A stretch of DNA of 64,000 bases. It comes from Candidatus Brocadiia bacterium. Lineage in GTDB: Bacteria > Planctomycetota > Brocadiia > CAIUPP01. The notes beneath the pieces are model-generated. The model worked only from the letters and a program-made list of their open reading frames with translations. It was not told the DNA's origin and ran no database searches. Every line of letters begins with the position of its first letter. Positions within the stretch are counted from its first letter, which is position 1. The translations under genes and the position numbers were made by a program. Shown here one piece after another: positions 9,716 to 18,495 of the stretch. The stretch spans positions 96,001 through 160,000 of the forward strand of contig JBEKCB010000003.1 of NCBI GenBank assembly GCA_050015075.1, written 5' to 3'.

Positions 9716-10672
9716 ATGTCCTCGCCGGACCTGACGATCGCGATCATCCATCATCGTCTCCGCGGCTATCCGCAGGAGTGCATCGAGTCTCTCGGCCCGC
9801 TTCCGGCCGGGACGGAGCTGCTGCTGGTTCAGACCGAATCGGCCGCGCCGGCGCGCGCGCAGGCGCGGGTGATTTCCGTCCGGCCCGATTCCTCGCTCGC
9901 GGCGGCGAAGAACCTCGCCGTGGCCGAGGCGCGCGGCGAATACCTGCTGCTCGCCGCGGCGGAGACGGTGGCCTGCCCGGGGACGGTGGAACGGCTCCGT
10001 AAATTCCTGGGAGAAGCCGGGGCGCCCGTGGTCGCCTCCGCGCGATTGCTCCAGGAGAACGGCATGCCGCGGCGGACCGGGTTCGCGCTGCCCTCGATCG
10101 GGCGCGAATTGAACTTCTTCGACTGGCTCTGGCGGCAGCGGCGTTTCGCCGCCCGCTCTCGCAAGCCGCCGGTCGCCGGCCCGGTCCGGCGCGTGCGGGC
10201 GCTCCACGCCACGTTCCTCATGGCGCGGCGCGAGACGTTCCGGTCCGTCGGCGAGTTCTCGGAAGGGTACCGGTTCGCTTTTGAGGACCTGGAATGGTCC
10301 TGGCGCGCGGAGAAAAAAGGCGTCGCGCTTTGCGTTTGCCCGAAGGCGCCGGCCTACAAGCTGCCGCCGCAACTGAAGGGCGAGCTTTCGCCGGAGATCA
10401 GCGTGGCCCTGGAAGCCTCGCAGGCGCGCTGCGTTCGCGCCACGCGCGGGGCGGCGTATGCGCGGGCGTTCCGCGCGACGCGCGCGGCGAAAGCGCTCGG
10501 CCTCTGGCTCGGCGCGGCCGGCCTCAGCGGGCTCTTCTGCGGCGCCTCGGAAACCCTGGAGAACCAGGCGGCCGTCCATCGCGCGGTCTGGAAAATGGGG
10601 CCGGATGCAGCGCCGGACCCGGATCTCCCGGCGGATGTCGAGTCGTGCGTGAGATGGGAGACGTTCGTGTAG
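9716..10672 (+). CDS. Glycosyltransferase family 2-like protein (divergent)
   Basis: DLTIAII, AAAKNLAVAEARGEYLLL, VGEFSEGYRFAFEDLEWSWR; the usual DxD motif appears to be missing. Confidence 0.7.
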   Translation: MSSPDLTIAIIHHRLRGYPQECIESLGPLPAGTELLLVQTESAAPARAQARVISVRPDSSLAAAKNLAVAEARGEYLLLAAAETVACPGTVERLRKFLGEAGAPVVASARLLQENGMPRRTGFALPSIGRELNFFDWLWRQRRFAARSRKPPVAGPVRRVRALHATFLMARRETFRSVGEFSEGYRFAFEDLEWSWRAEKKGVALCVCPKAPAYKLPPQLKGELSPEISVALEASQARCVRATRGAAYARAFRATRAAKALGLWLGAAGLSGLFCGASETLENQAAVHRAVWKMGPDAAPDPDLPADVESCVRWETFV

Positions 10673-10688
10673 CCGCTTTCGCGCGCGG

Positions 10689-10718
10689 TTGACATGGCCA
10701 AAACCGTTTTGCTAATAT
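10689..10718 (+). promoter_or_regulatory. Putative sigma70 promoter for the TPR-rpsT-folK genes
   Basis: TTGACA-N18-TAATAT upstream of 10806. Confidence 0.45.
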
Positions 10719-10805
10719 CCGTTCGCCGCACCGGATCGCTACATCACAGAGCGTCATCGCAGACTCCGCGAAGCCCCGTCTGATGTGTGCACAGGGAGAT
10801 GAACC

Positions 10806-12173
10806 GTGGACGCCGAGCCGCTGTTTCTGCGAGGCAAGGAAGCGGTTGAGCGCGGAGACTACGATTACGCCATAGCGCTCTTCCGCGACGTGCTGAAGAT
10901 GGATCCGACGCATCGCAACAGCCGCATTGCGCTGCGCGGCTGCGAAATGAAGAAGTTCGACGCGGTCGGCGGCATCAAGGCCAAGGTCGTCGGGACCCTC
11001 AAAGGCATCGTCCCGCTGGCGAAAATGACGGTCTTCCGGTGGAAGCCGGAGAAGGTCGTGGATGCCGCCGAGGCCTACCTGGTCAACGAGCCGACGAGCG
11101 TCCACGTGCTCGTGGCGCTCGCCAACGCGCTGGAGAAGCTGGAGCATCTCGAAGCGGCCGCCGACACGCTCGAGTTCGCCCGCCTGCGCCATCCGAACCA
11201 CGTCGGCGTGCTCTACCGCTTGGGCGAAGTGCTCGCCGCGCTGGGCCAGTACGACAGATCGGTCCGCTGCTACCAGGCGATTCTGGGCCTCCGGCCGAAC
11301 GACCGCGAGGCCGCGGCGCGCGTCCGGTCGGTCTCGGCGGAATCGCACCTGAAGCGGTCGCACCTGGAGGAATCGCAAACCTTCCGCGAGCAGTTGCGCG
11401 ACGAAACGACGACCAAGACGCTGGCGCAGGCCGATCGCATGGTCCGCACCGACGAGGACCGCGACCAGGACGTCACGCAGGCCAAGAAGGCGGTGGAGGA
11501 GAACCCGGCCGACGCCGATGCGCTCATGCGGCTCGCCGACGTGCTCGCCCGGAGCGAGCGACTGGTGGAGGCGGAAGCCGCCTACCGCAAGTCGTTCGAG
11601 ATCAGCAAGAAGTGGGCGGCGCGCGAGAAACTCGGCGACACGCACATGCGGCTGCTCGAGCAGGCCGAGCAGCAGGCGAAGAAAGTGGCCGAGGAAAGCG
11701 GCCGCGATCCGGCCGCCGTGGCGCGCGCACACGAGGCCACCCACCGGCGGCTGGAGTTCGCGATCAAGGAATTCGAGATCCGCCGGAAGCAGCACCCGAC
11801 GGAGGCGCGGCTGGCGTGGCAGCTCGGGCAGTACTATTTCGAGCTCGGCGGCGAGGCCAACATTCAGCAGGCGACTCAGCAGTTCCAGTACGCGGTGAGC
11901 AGCGTGCCGCTCAAGGCGCGGGCGCAGTTGATGCTCGGCCGCTGCTTCGCGCTCAATCCGAAGACGCTCGACATGGCGAAGGAGCAGTTCATCAAGGCGT
12001 ACGAGGCCATGGACGACGATCAGAGCGACATGGCCAAATCGCTGCTCTACGAGCTGGGGGCGTCGTGCGAGAAGATGGGCAGCAAGCCCGACGCGCTCGC
12101 CTGGTACAAGAAGATTTTCGCAGTGGACGCCGGTTATCGGGACGTGGCGAAGAAGATCCAGCTCCTCGGTTAG
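10806..12173 (+). CDS. TPR-repeat protein
   Basis: Multiple TPR helices; C-terminal YELG...AL.WY.KI.AVD.GYRDV. Confidence 0.85.
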   Translation: MDAEPLFLRGKEAVERGDYDYAIALFRDVLKMDPTHRNSRIALRGCEMKKFDAVGGIKAKVVGTLKGIVPLAKMTVFRWKPEKVVDAAEAYLVNEPTSVHVLVALANALEKLEHLEAAADTLEFARLRHPNHVGVLYRLGEVLAALGQYDRSVRCYQAILGLRPNDREAAARVRSVSAESHLKRSHLEESQTFREQLRDETTTKTLAQADRMVRTDEDRDQDVTQAKKAVEENPADADALMRLADVLARSERLVEAEAAYRKSFEISKKWAAREKLGDTHMRLLEQAEQQAKKVAEESGRDPAAVARAHEATHRRLEFAIKEFEIRRKQHPTEARLAWQLGQYYFELGGEANIQQATQQFQYAVSSVPLKARAQLMLGRCFALNPKTLDMAKEQFIKAYEAMDDDQSDMAKSLLYELGASCEKMGSKPDALAWYKKIFAVDAGYRDVAKKIQLLG

Positions 12174-12188
12174 AAAGGAAGAGCCGCA

Positions 12189-12461
12189 TTGGCACACGGC
12201 AAATCCGCAAAGAAACGCATTCGGCAGAACGCCGCGCGCCGGTTGCACAACCGGCAGGCGAAGTCCGCGCTCCGCACCACCGTCAAGAAATTGACCGTGG
12301 CCGTCGGCGCCGGTGACGCCGCCGCCGCAACCGCCGCTTACCACGGCGTCCAGAAAAAACTGGACCAGGCCGTGGCGAAGGGCATCGTGCGCAAGGGCAC
12401 CGCGGACCGCGTGAAGTCGCGCCTCGCCGCGAGACTGGCGGCGAAAGCCCCGAAGAAGTGA
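12189..12461 (+). CDS. rpsT: 30S ribosomal protein S20
   Basis: MAHGKSAKKRIRQN..RRLHNR..KSALRT.VKK...LD.AV.KGI. Confidence 0.97.
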   Translation: MAHGKSAKKRIRQNAARRLHNRQAKSALRTTVKKLTVAVGAGDAAAATAAYHGVQKKLDQAVAKGIVRKGTADRVKSRLAARLAAKAPKK

Positions 12462-12508
12462 CCGCCGGGCGCGCCGCCCGCCCTCTGCGTTCTTCGTGAT
12501 GAGAGAGT

Positions 12509-12997
12509 ATGGCGCGGGCATATATCGGCCTCGGCTCGAACCTCGGCGACCGCGAAGGATGCCTGCGCGCCGCGCTCCAGGCCCTTCGCGATGCGGGCGT
12601 CGTCATCCTCCGCACGAGCCGCTTCGTCGAAACACTTCCCGTCGGCAAGACGGACCAGCCGGATTTTCTCAACGCCGCGGCCGAACTCCGCACGGACCTT
12701 TCCGCGCGGGAACTCCTCGACCTGCTCCTGCGGATCGAAAGCTCGCTCGGAAGAGTCCGCGCGGAACGCTGGGGGCCGCGAACGCTCGACCTCGACCTGC
12801 TCCTTTACGACGGCGAGGTCATCCGGGAAACCGGCCTTGAAGTCCCTCACCCGCGCATGCACGAGCGCCGCTTCGTCCTCGAACCGCTCGCCGAGATCGC
12901 GCCCGACGCCCGGCACCCGGCGCTCGGGAAGTCGGTCGCTCAGTTGCTGCGCGACCTCGATTTTGACACTCCGAATCCCGGACGCTATAGTCCCTGA
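12509..12997 (+). CDS. folK: 2-amino-4-hydroxy-6-hydroxymethyldihydropteridine diphosphokinase
   Basis: AYIGLGSNLGDR, QPDFLN, RWGPRTLDLDLL, PHPRMHERRFVLEPL. Confidence 0.97.
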   Translation: MARAYIGLGSNLGDREGCLRAALQALRDAGVVILRTSRFVETLPVGKTDQPDFLNAAAELRTDLSARELLDLLLRIESSLGRVRAERWGPRTLDLDLLLYDGEVIRETGLEVPHPRMHERRFVLEPLAEIAPDARHPALGKSVAQLLRDLDFDTPNPGRYSP

Positions 12998-13039
12998 CAC
13001 AGGCCCGTTTCCGGCGCAATGAGTCCAGGAGGCTTCGTC

Positions 13040-13621
13040 ATGGAACGGCCGCGCACGCCGCGCAAAGAGTACATGCCGCTGAAGCGCCCGCAGATGAAGA
13101 TCGTCCTGCTCGTCGGCTGCGTGCTGTTCATGACCTGCATTCTCGTCAGCATCCTGCAGACGTACTTCTTCCTCAGCGGCCTGCATCAGGGCGCCGTGCT
13201 CCAGGGCGAGATGTCCAGCGAAGTGTGGCTCATCACCAGCGGCGTGGCGCTGGTCACGCTGTGCGTAATGGCGCCGGTGTTCATGTTCATCGCGGTCTGG
13301 GTTTCGTACCGGATCCTGGGCCCGGTCCGGCGCGTGGCGCGCGAGATGGAGAGCGTCGGCGAAGGCCGGGTCGGCGGCGGATTGGCGTTCCGAGCCGGGG
13401 ACGACCTGACCTTTCTGGCCACTGCGTTCGGCGCGATGAAAGAGGGCCTGGCCCGCCGCATCGCCGCGTGCCAGGAGGCCGGAAACGAGATGGACCAGGC
13501 CGTGCAGCGCGTCGAGTTCGCGGCCTCCACAGGCGCCGGCCGCGAACTGGCTCCCGCCGTCGCGCAACTGAGGCAGGCAGCCGCCGCATTGCAGGCAAGG
13601 CTCAATCAGTTCAAGGTTTAG
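13040..13621 (+). CDS. Two-TM HAMP-domain membrane protein
   Basis: Two hydrophobic segments, then SYRILGPVRRV...R.GDDL..LA..F..M (HAMP-like) and a short coiled coil ending QFKV. Confidence 0.7.
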   Translation: MERPRTPRKEYMPLKRPQMKIVLLVGCVLFMTCILVSILQTYFFLSGLHQGAVLQGEMSSEVWLITSGVALVTLCVMAPVFMFIAVWVSYRILGPVRRVAREMESVGEGRVGGGLAFRAGDDLTFLATAFGAMKEGLARRIAACQEAGNEMDQAVQRVEFAASTGAGRELAPAVAQLRQAAAALQARLNQFKV

Positions 13622-13623
13622 CG

Positions 13624-13714
13624 GGACGATGGACCAGAGACGATAGACGATGGACGATGGCCGGAGGGAACAATCGTCTATCGTCCATGGTCTATCGTCG
13701 TTCGTCTATCGTCC
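13624..13714. repeat. Inverted heptamer tandem repeat, (GGACGAT/AGACGAT)n ... (ATCGTCY)n
   Basis: About 5 units on the left and 6 reverse-complement units on the right; lies between convergent genes and overlaps the GT39-like stop codon. Confidence 0.8.
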
Positions 13715-15266
13715 TCCGCTCGTAAATCAAGCAAACCGGCGTCCCGCCGGGCCACAGCGTGTTGGCCCAGGCCGGCTGAGGCGGCGAGTTGATGAACGCC
13801 CGCTCCGCGTCGGTCAGCCAGTATCCTCGGCGCGGCACAACGACCAGGTAATCCCAGTCGCGGTCGCCGAAGTCCCCCATGCGGATGTCTCGCCGCGCCT
13901 CGCCGAGCCCTTGATAGAACTGCCAGATGTAATCGGGCACCGCGACGAAGGCCACCTTGCCGTCGGGCGGCACCTCTTTGTTCAGGTAGTCCAGCGCCTT
14001 GGAGTCGAACGTATCGTCCCAGTACGTCGTCTCGAACCCGAGCTTCGCCGCGCCCCACGGCCCGCCGGCGAGTTCGCCGTAGTAGCAGAGCTGGTACGGA
14101 TGAAACGCCACGACCGGCAGCAGCAGCCAGGCCGCCAGGACCGCGGCGCAGGCCGCCCCGGCCCATCTTCGGCCGCGGCCGAGAGAATCCCACGCCGCGA
14201 CCGCGCCCGCCGCCGCCAGCGCCGCCAGGAACGGATACGCCGGGAGCATCAGGCGGATGCCGTCGTACTTCGGGACTCCCGGCAGCGCGAGCAGGCAGAC
14301 CGGGAACAGGAATCCCCAGACCACCAGCGCCTCGTGCGCCGACTCGCTCCATTTCGCGCGGAGCGTTCGGACATATCGCCACGCGCCTGCGGTCAGTGCG
14401 ACGAGGACCGGCAGCGGCGTCGTCGCGAGCAGCATCACGAACGGATAGTGCCACGGCGCGACCCGGTCGCGGTACGCCGTCCCGAGGTAATAGACCGGGA
14501 TGATCATCCGCTGCGCCTTGTCGGCGAGGTACGCGTGCAGGGCGGCGGCCGGGTGATACCACATCACCGGCCAGCCGATGAGGAAGATCAGCGGGCCGCA
14601 GAGCGCCATGGCCGCGATGTTGCGCAGCGCCTTCCGCCCGTGGAACAGCAAGCCCCACGGCAGCAGGAGGACCGGCAGGAAAACCGCGTTGATCTTCGTC
14701 AGCAGCGCCAGGCCGAAGAGCGCGCCGCACGCGACGCTCCATCCGCGCCGCTCGATCCCGCGCTCGAACGCGATGACCGTCAGCAGCCAGAGGAGCAGCG
14801 TGGCCATCTCGATGTTCGCGAAGTGCCCGTGCGCGAAGAGGCGCGGCATCAGGACGAAAACCGCCGCCGCGACGAGTCCCTCGCGCTCGCCGCGCTTCGA
14901 GGCGATCCAGAGGAAGATCGCCGCCGCCGCGACGCCGAACAGCAGCGCCGCGCCGATCCGCGCCGCGGTCAGGAGGTCCACCGCTCCGCCGAAGAGCCTC
15001 ATGTTCAGCGCGATCCACAGGCTTCCCAGCGGCGGATGGTCCTCATAGCCCCAATGCTCGCGGATGACCGGCCAAGTGAAGTTGCGGGCGGAAAGGCCCT
15101 GGAACCACTCCGTGTAATTCAGCGCGCGGCCGATGTAGAGCGGCTCGTCCATGGTCAGGCCGGGGCCGCGCGCCGTCAGCGCAATCGCGGCGGCGACCGC
15201 CAGGAAGATCGCCGCCGCCCGCCACGCGCGGCGACCGGCCTTTTCCGTCAAGGGGCGCGCGGTCAT
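13692..15266 (-). CDS. ArnT/PMT-like (GT39/GT83) GT-C membrane glycosyltransferase
   Basis: LTMDEPLY, DHPPLG, GLALLTK, KYDGIRL; about 11-12 hydrophobic segments. Start placed at MTARP because the ORF-track extension runs through a REP. Confidence 0.8.
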   Translation of the reverse strand: MTARPLTEKAGRRAWRAAAIFLAVAAAIALTARGPGLTMDEPLYIGRALNYTEWFQGLSARNFTWPVIREHWGYEDHPPLGSLWIALNMRLFGGAVDLLTAARIGAALLFGVAAAAIFLWIASKRGEREGLVAAAVFVLMPRLFAHGHFANIEMATLLLWLLTVIAFERGIERRGWSVACGALFGLALLTKINAVFLPVLLLPWGLLFHGRKALRNIAAMALCGPLIFLIGWPVMWYHPAAALHAYLADKAQRMIIPVYYLGTAYRDRVAPWHYPFVMLLATTPLPVLVALTAGAWRYVRTLRAKWSESAHEALVVWGFLFPVCLLALPGVPKYDGIRLMLPAYPFLAALAAAGAVAAWDSLGRGRRWAGAACAAVLAAWLLLPVVAFHPYQLCYYGELAGGPWGAAKLGFETTYWDDTFDSKALDYLNKEVPPDGKVAFVAVPDYIWQFYQGLGEARRDIRMGDFGDRDWDYLVVVPRRGYWLTDAERAFINSPPQPAWANTLWPGGTPVCLIYERRTIDERR

Positions 15267-15343
15267 CTCGTCGAGTGTCCCTGAAATGACATGCCTGAGC
15301 CCATCCCGCGTCATGTCGCGCGCAGTACGCTGCGCGCTATGGT

Positions 15344-15408
15344 GCTTGTAGTGTGCCCTCAGGGCATACGACGTAGACGACGTAGCGCCTGACGGCGCCA
15401 CTACAAGC
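15344..15408. repeat. GTAG-type REP doublet, copy 2
   Basis: Terminal inverted repeats GCTTGTAGTG...CACTACAAGC enclosing the hairpins TGCCC-TCA-GGGCA and GCGCC-TGAC-GGCGC. Confidence 0.85.
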
Positions 15409-15428
15409 TAAGCCGCTCCGCGCGGGCC

Positions 15429-16370
15429 TCAGCCGGCTTCGGGCTCGCGCTCGTGGAGCTTGACGAGGTCCGCGAGGAGTTCCTTCATGTTCGGGTAGCG
15501 GCGCTCCGGCGACTTCGCCATGCAACGCAGGATGATCGGTTCGAGGCCTTCGGGCAGGTCGCGCGCGACCTCGGTCGGCCGGGGCGGCGGATCATGCACG
15601 TGCTTTTGCATCAACTCCGACGCCCGGCGCGCGGCGTGGGCGGGATCGCGCGGGCCGCGCCCCACCGAAAAAGGCAGGCTGCCGGTGAAGATCTCGAACA
15701 GGACCACGCCGAAGGAGTAGATGTCCGCCGCCGGCGCGAGGCGGCGGCCTTCGCACTGTTCAGGCGACATGGTGGTCAGCGTGCCGCTCTTTTCCTCGAA
15801 GGCGATCCCGGCGGGCGCGGTGAAGCCCAGGTCAATCAGCTTCGTCCGGCCGTCCTTGGAGAAGAGGATGTTATCCGAGCAGACGTCCCGGTGAACCAGC
15901 CCGTGCTCGTGGATGATCGCCAGCGCGGAGCCGGCGGCTTGGAGGATCTCCAGCCGATTCCTGCGCAGCCGCGGATCGGCGCAGCCGAGCATGTGCTTGA
16001 GGTTGGCGCCGTCCACGAACTCCTGGACGAGGTACTGGCAGCGCGCCGGATCGTTGCATTCCCATCCGTAGGTGAAGGTCCGCACGATGGGGAAACTCGG
16101 GTCGAAGATCGTCGTGGGCGGAGTCAGCAGGACGCCGACCTCGCCCTCGCAGGGCACGCCGTAGCGTTTCTGCATGCGGCGCGACGTGCGGTCGTATCCG
16201 GGCTTGTAGAGCTTGAGCGCGTACAGGGCCGGGTCCGGCGGCCGGCGCGCCTGGTACACGCAGGCCTTTTCGCCGTCATGCACCGGCCGGATGGGATGGA
16301 ACTCGCGGAAATGCCGCTTTTCCGCGCGCCGCGCCCAGCCGAACCATTCCCGCCAGAATGATTTCGCCAT
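15429..16370 (-). CDS. Hanks-type Ser/Thr protein kinase (kinase domain only)
   Basis: YALKLY, LVQEFVDG.NL, HRDVCSDNIL, KLIDLG, MSPEQ, DIYSFGV, PERRY. Confidence 0.9.
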   Translation of the reverse strand: MAKSFWREWFGWARRAEKRHFREFHPIRPVHDGEKACVYQARRPPDPALYALKLYKPGYDRTSRRMQKRYGVPCEGEVGVLLTPPTTIFDPSFPIVRTFTYGWECNDPARCQYLVQEFVDGANLKHMLGCADPRLRRNRLEILQAAGSALAIIHEHGLVHRDVCSDNILFSKDGRTKLIDLGFTAPAGIAFEEKSGTLTTMSPEQCEGRRLAPAADIYSFGVVLFEIFTGSLPFSVGRGPRDPAHAARRASELMQKHVHDPPPRPTEVARDLPEGLEPIILRCMAKSPERRYPNMKELLADLVKLHEREPEAG

Positions 16371-16386
16371 GCGTTTCGCTGCTCTA

Positions 16387-16422
16387 AATCGTACTCGTCC
16401 TCGTCGTCGTCCTCGTCCTCGA
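16387..16422. repeat. Hexamer tandem repeat (nnTCGT)x6
   Basis: AATCGT ACTCGT CCTCGT CGTCGT CCTCGT CCTCGA in the kinase leader region. Confidence 0.6.
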
Positions 16423-16530
16423 ACTGTCCTTTGTATAAGGCCAAGACGGCTTGAATGATAGGGTCGCGTGGCCGAAAATGCAAACCGGCGACACGATCTC
16501 CTGATTGTACGCTGACAATTGAATTGCTGT

Positions 16531-16559
16531 TTGACAAGTGGGACTCTGACGGCCAGAAT
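16531..16559 (+). promoter_or_regulatory. Putative sigma70 promoter
   Basis: TTGACA-N17-CAGAAT, followed by RBS GGGAGGAG and ATG at 16606. Confidence 0.55.
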
Positions 16560-16605
16560 ACGGTGCCTATTGCCGGCGTCCGTTGCCTTGAGGGAGGAGC
16601 GGAAG

Positions 16606-17388
16606 ATGGCTCTCGGAAGAAATTACGTGCTGGCCATCGTCGCGGTCGCAGGCATTCTGGCGCTCGCGCTGATTGGGGCGGGCGTGCTCGACGTGACGCA
16701 GAAGACCGGCTATGTCAGGATCAACGTCTCCGACAAGAGCGCGGTCTGGCTGGAATTTAAAGGCGCGGAACTGCGCGCCGCTGCGAGCGCGGAGGGGCTG
16801 AAGACCGCAGAGCCGGTCGCGCTGCGCGTGCTGGCCAATCAAGTGGCACAGTCTTCGGAGTTCTCGCTCCCGATCCCGTCCGATCAGCTTCCCAAAGGGA
16901 TCAGCGCCGTCAAGGGGACCTTCACACGGTTTGGGAACAGAGTCCAGGGCCAGTTGGGAATCTGCCGGACGGACGAGCAGAAGTACATCTGGCAATGCGA
17001 CGTCCGGATCGCGTCTTCGACCGGCAATACCGCGGTCGCGGCGAGGACGATGCAGTTGCCCAGCCTGGACAAGATCGCACTGACCGTCAGCGCCACGCCC
17101 TCGAACGGGAAGTTGGGCGTCGGCGTGCGGCTCACGGCGGGCATCAACCAGTTGAGCGGCGTGCGCAAGTATGGAAAGCCCGTGCTGGTGCAGGTCAGCG
17201 TGACGGACGCCTCCGGCAATGAGGTGAGCGCGAGGAAGGGGCCGTTGACCGATTTCGGGTTCTCCTGAGGCGGCGGCGCCTGCTACTCCGTGGGAGTAGA
17301 GAAAGGGACGTATACGTGCGCCGCGACGATGGACGTCGGGCCGTTCGGGTCGGCTGTGAAGGGCGAGACGAAGGTCGTCGTGCCGTAA
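16606..17388 (+). CDS. Probable selenoprotein: membrane-anchored hypothetical protein, 260 aa, Sec at codon 221
   Basis: Strong RBS and N-terminal TM. The TGA at 17266-17268 is followed in frame by GGGACYSVGVEKGTYTCAATMDVGPFGSAVKGETKVVVP-TAA with normal GC-rich codon usage. A SECIS-like hairpin follows the TGA. Confidence 0.7.
17266..17299 (+). promoter_or_regulatory. Putative bacterial SECIS element
   Basis: TGA, 14 nt, then a perfect 7-bp stem CTACTCC/GGAGTAG with loop GTG; 21 nt separate the UGA from the loop G. Confidence 0.65.
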
Positions 17389-17433
17389 CAAGGAATTGCC
17401 GGCAAAAGCGTTCTTCCTGGGTGGGCGGAAGAG

Positions 17434-18003
17434 GTGACAGGCGAGCCGATCAGCGAGGCGAGCGCGGGTTGGAGCCGGCGCAACGTGGCCGGCGTCGCGA
17501 TCGCGTTGATCGGGTTCGGGCTGGTCGTATTCGCCGTTGCCTGGTTCATAAACCTGGCCTTGCAGGTATTGCCGGTCCTGCTCCCCGGACTCGAGCAGAA
17601 TTCCAATAAACCTCTGCTCCTGATGCTGTGCGGGAATGCCTTTTTCAGGCTGTTCCTGGGGCTCTGGCTGATCGCGCATCACAGGAAAATCTCCACCCGC
17701 CTTTTCCGCGCCGCGGCGGGCGCGCCGGTGGCCGAGCGGCGGGCCGCGCTGGCTTTCGGGATCAAGGCCTACGCCGTTTACATGGCCGCGTCCGCCGCGA
17801 GCTGGCTGGTCCTTGCAGCGTCAAACGGAATTGGGCAGGCTCTCAGGCTGGCCGGCAGCCGCGATCGGGCGATGCTGTGGTATATGGTGCCGTCTTGCCT
17901 GATGTACCTGGCCGAAATCGTGGCCTGCCTTTACTTTCTGAAGCGCCCCGGATGGCTCGTCTCATTTGCGTATCCGGAAGGAGAACCCGATGAAGATGCG
18001 TGA
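17434..18003 (+). CDS. Hypothetical integral membrane protein (about 4 TM)
   Basis: Four hydrophobic segments; GTG start after GAGG; C-terminal WLVSFAYP. Confidence 0.65.
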   Translation: MTGEPISEASAGWSRRNVAGVAIALIGFGLVVFAVAWFINLALQVLPVLLPGLEQNSNKPLLLMLCGNAFFRLFLGLWLIAHHRKISTRLFRAAAGAPVAERRAALAFGIKAYAVYMAASAASWLVLAASNGIGQALRLAGSRDRAMLWYMVPSCLMYLAEIVACLYFLKRPGWLVSFAYPEGEPDEDA

Positions 18004-18469
18004 CGCCGCCGAAGTGACGTTGAGCATCCTGGGCGTGTCCAGAATCGTTCAGGCCACGATCGAAACGCCGGGCCTGGCCTATGCTTTGTATCTTCGTTTC
18101 GGGTACACGGGGCAACCGGCGTCGTTCACAACAACGCTAATACTGCTGCGCAATTTCGGAGGCTTCGCTGCAAACCTGGTCGTCGGCATTCTTCTCGCGC
18201 TGCTGGCGGGCCGGCTCGCAGACTGGTTGGTGCGGCGCAGCGTTTCGCTGGCCGGAACTGATGTGGACTTGCGGATCGTATCGCCGGAGGGATTCCGATT
18301 CTGCCTCAAGCTCGTCGGAATCTCCCTGCTTATCACGGGCGTGACGACGCTGGTGCAATGGGACTGGCCGCGCGTCATCGCCGGCGCGCTGACGCTGGCG
18401 CCGGCGGTTTACCTGATCCGAGGCGGCGGCTGGCTCACCCGGTTCGCCTGGGGCAAAGCCGGAGCATAA
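17990..18469 (+). CDS. Hypothetical integral membrane protein (about 4 TM), probably related to the upstream gene
   Basis: RBS AAGGAG; similar TM spacing and C-terminus YLIRGGGWLTRFAW. Confidence 0.65.
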   Translation: MKMRDAAEVTLSILGVSRIVQATIETPGLAYALYLRFGYTGQPASFTTTLILLRNFGGFAANLVVGILLALLAGRLADWLVRRSVSLAGTDVDLRIVSPEGFRFCLKLVGISLLITGVTTLVQWDWPRVIAGALTLAPAVYLIRGGGWLTRFAWGKAGA

Positions 18470-18495
18470 CCGCTTCTCACGCGGCGAATCCCGGC

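Noticed and set aside
15267-15401. N-terminal extensions predicted for the GT39-like gene (to 15401) and rtcB (to 41486)
   Set aside because: The extensions translate REP sequence (YAL.GTL/YALRAH), so the true starts are downstream.
17316-17609. Small ORFs 17316-17609 (+) and 17283-17606 (-)
   Set aside because: They overlap the read-through frame and the next membrane gene, and have Arg-rich shadow composition.
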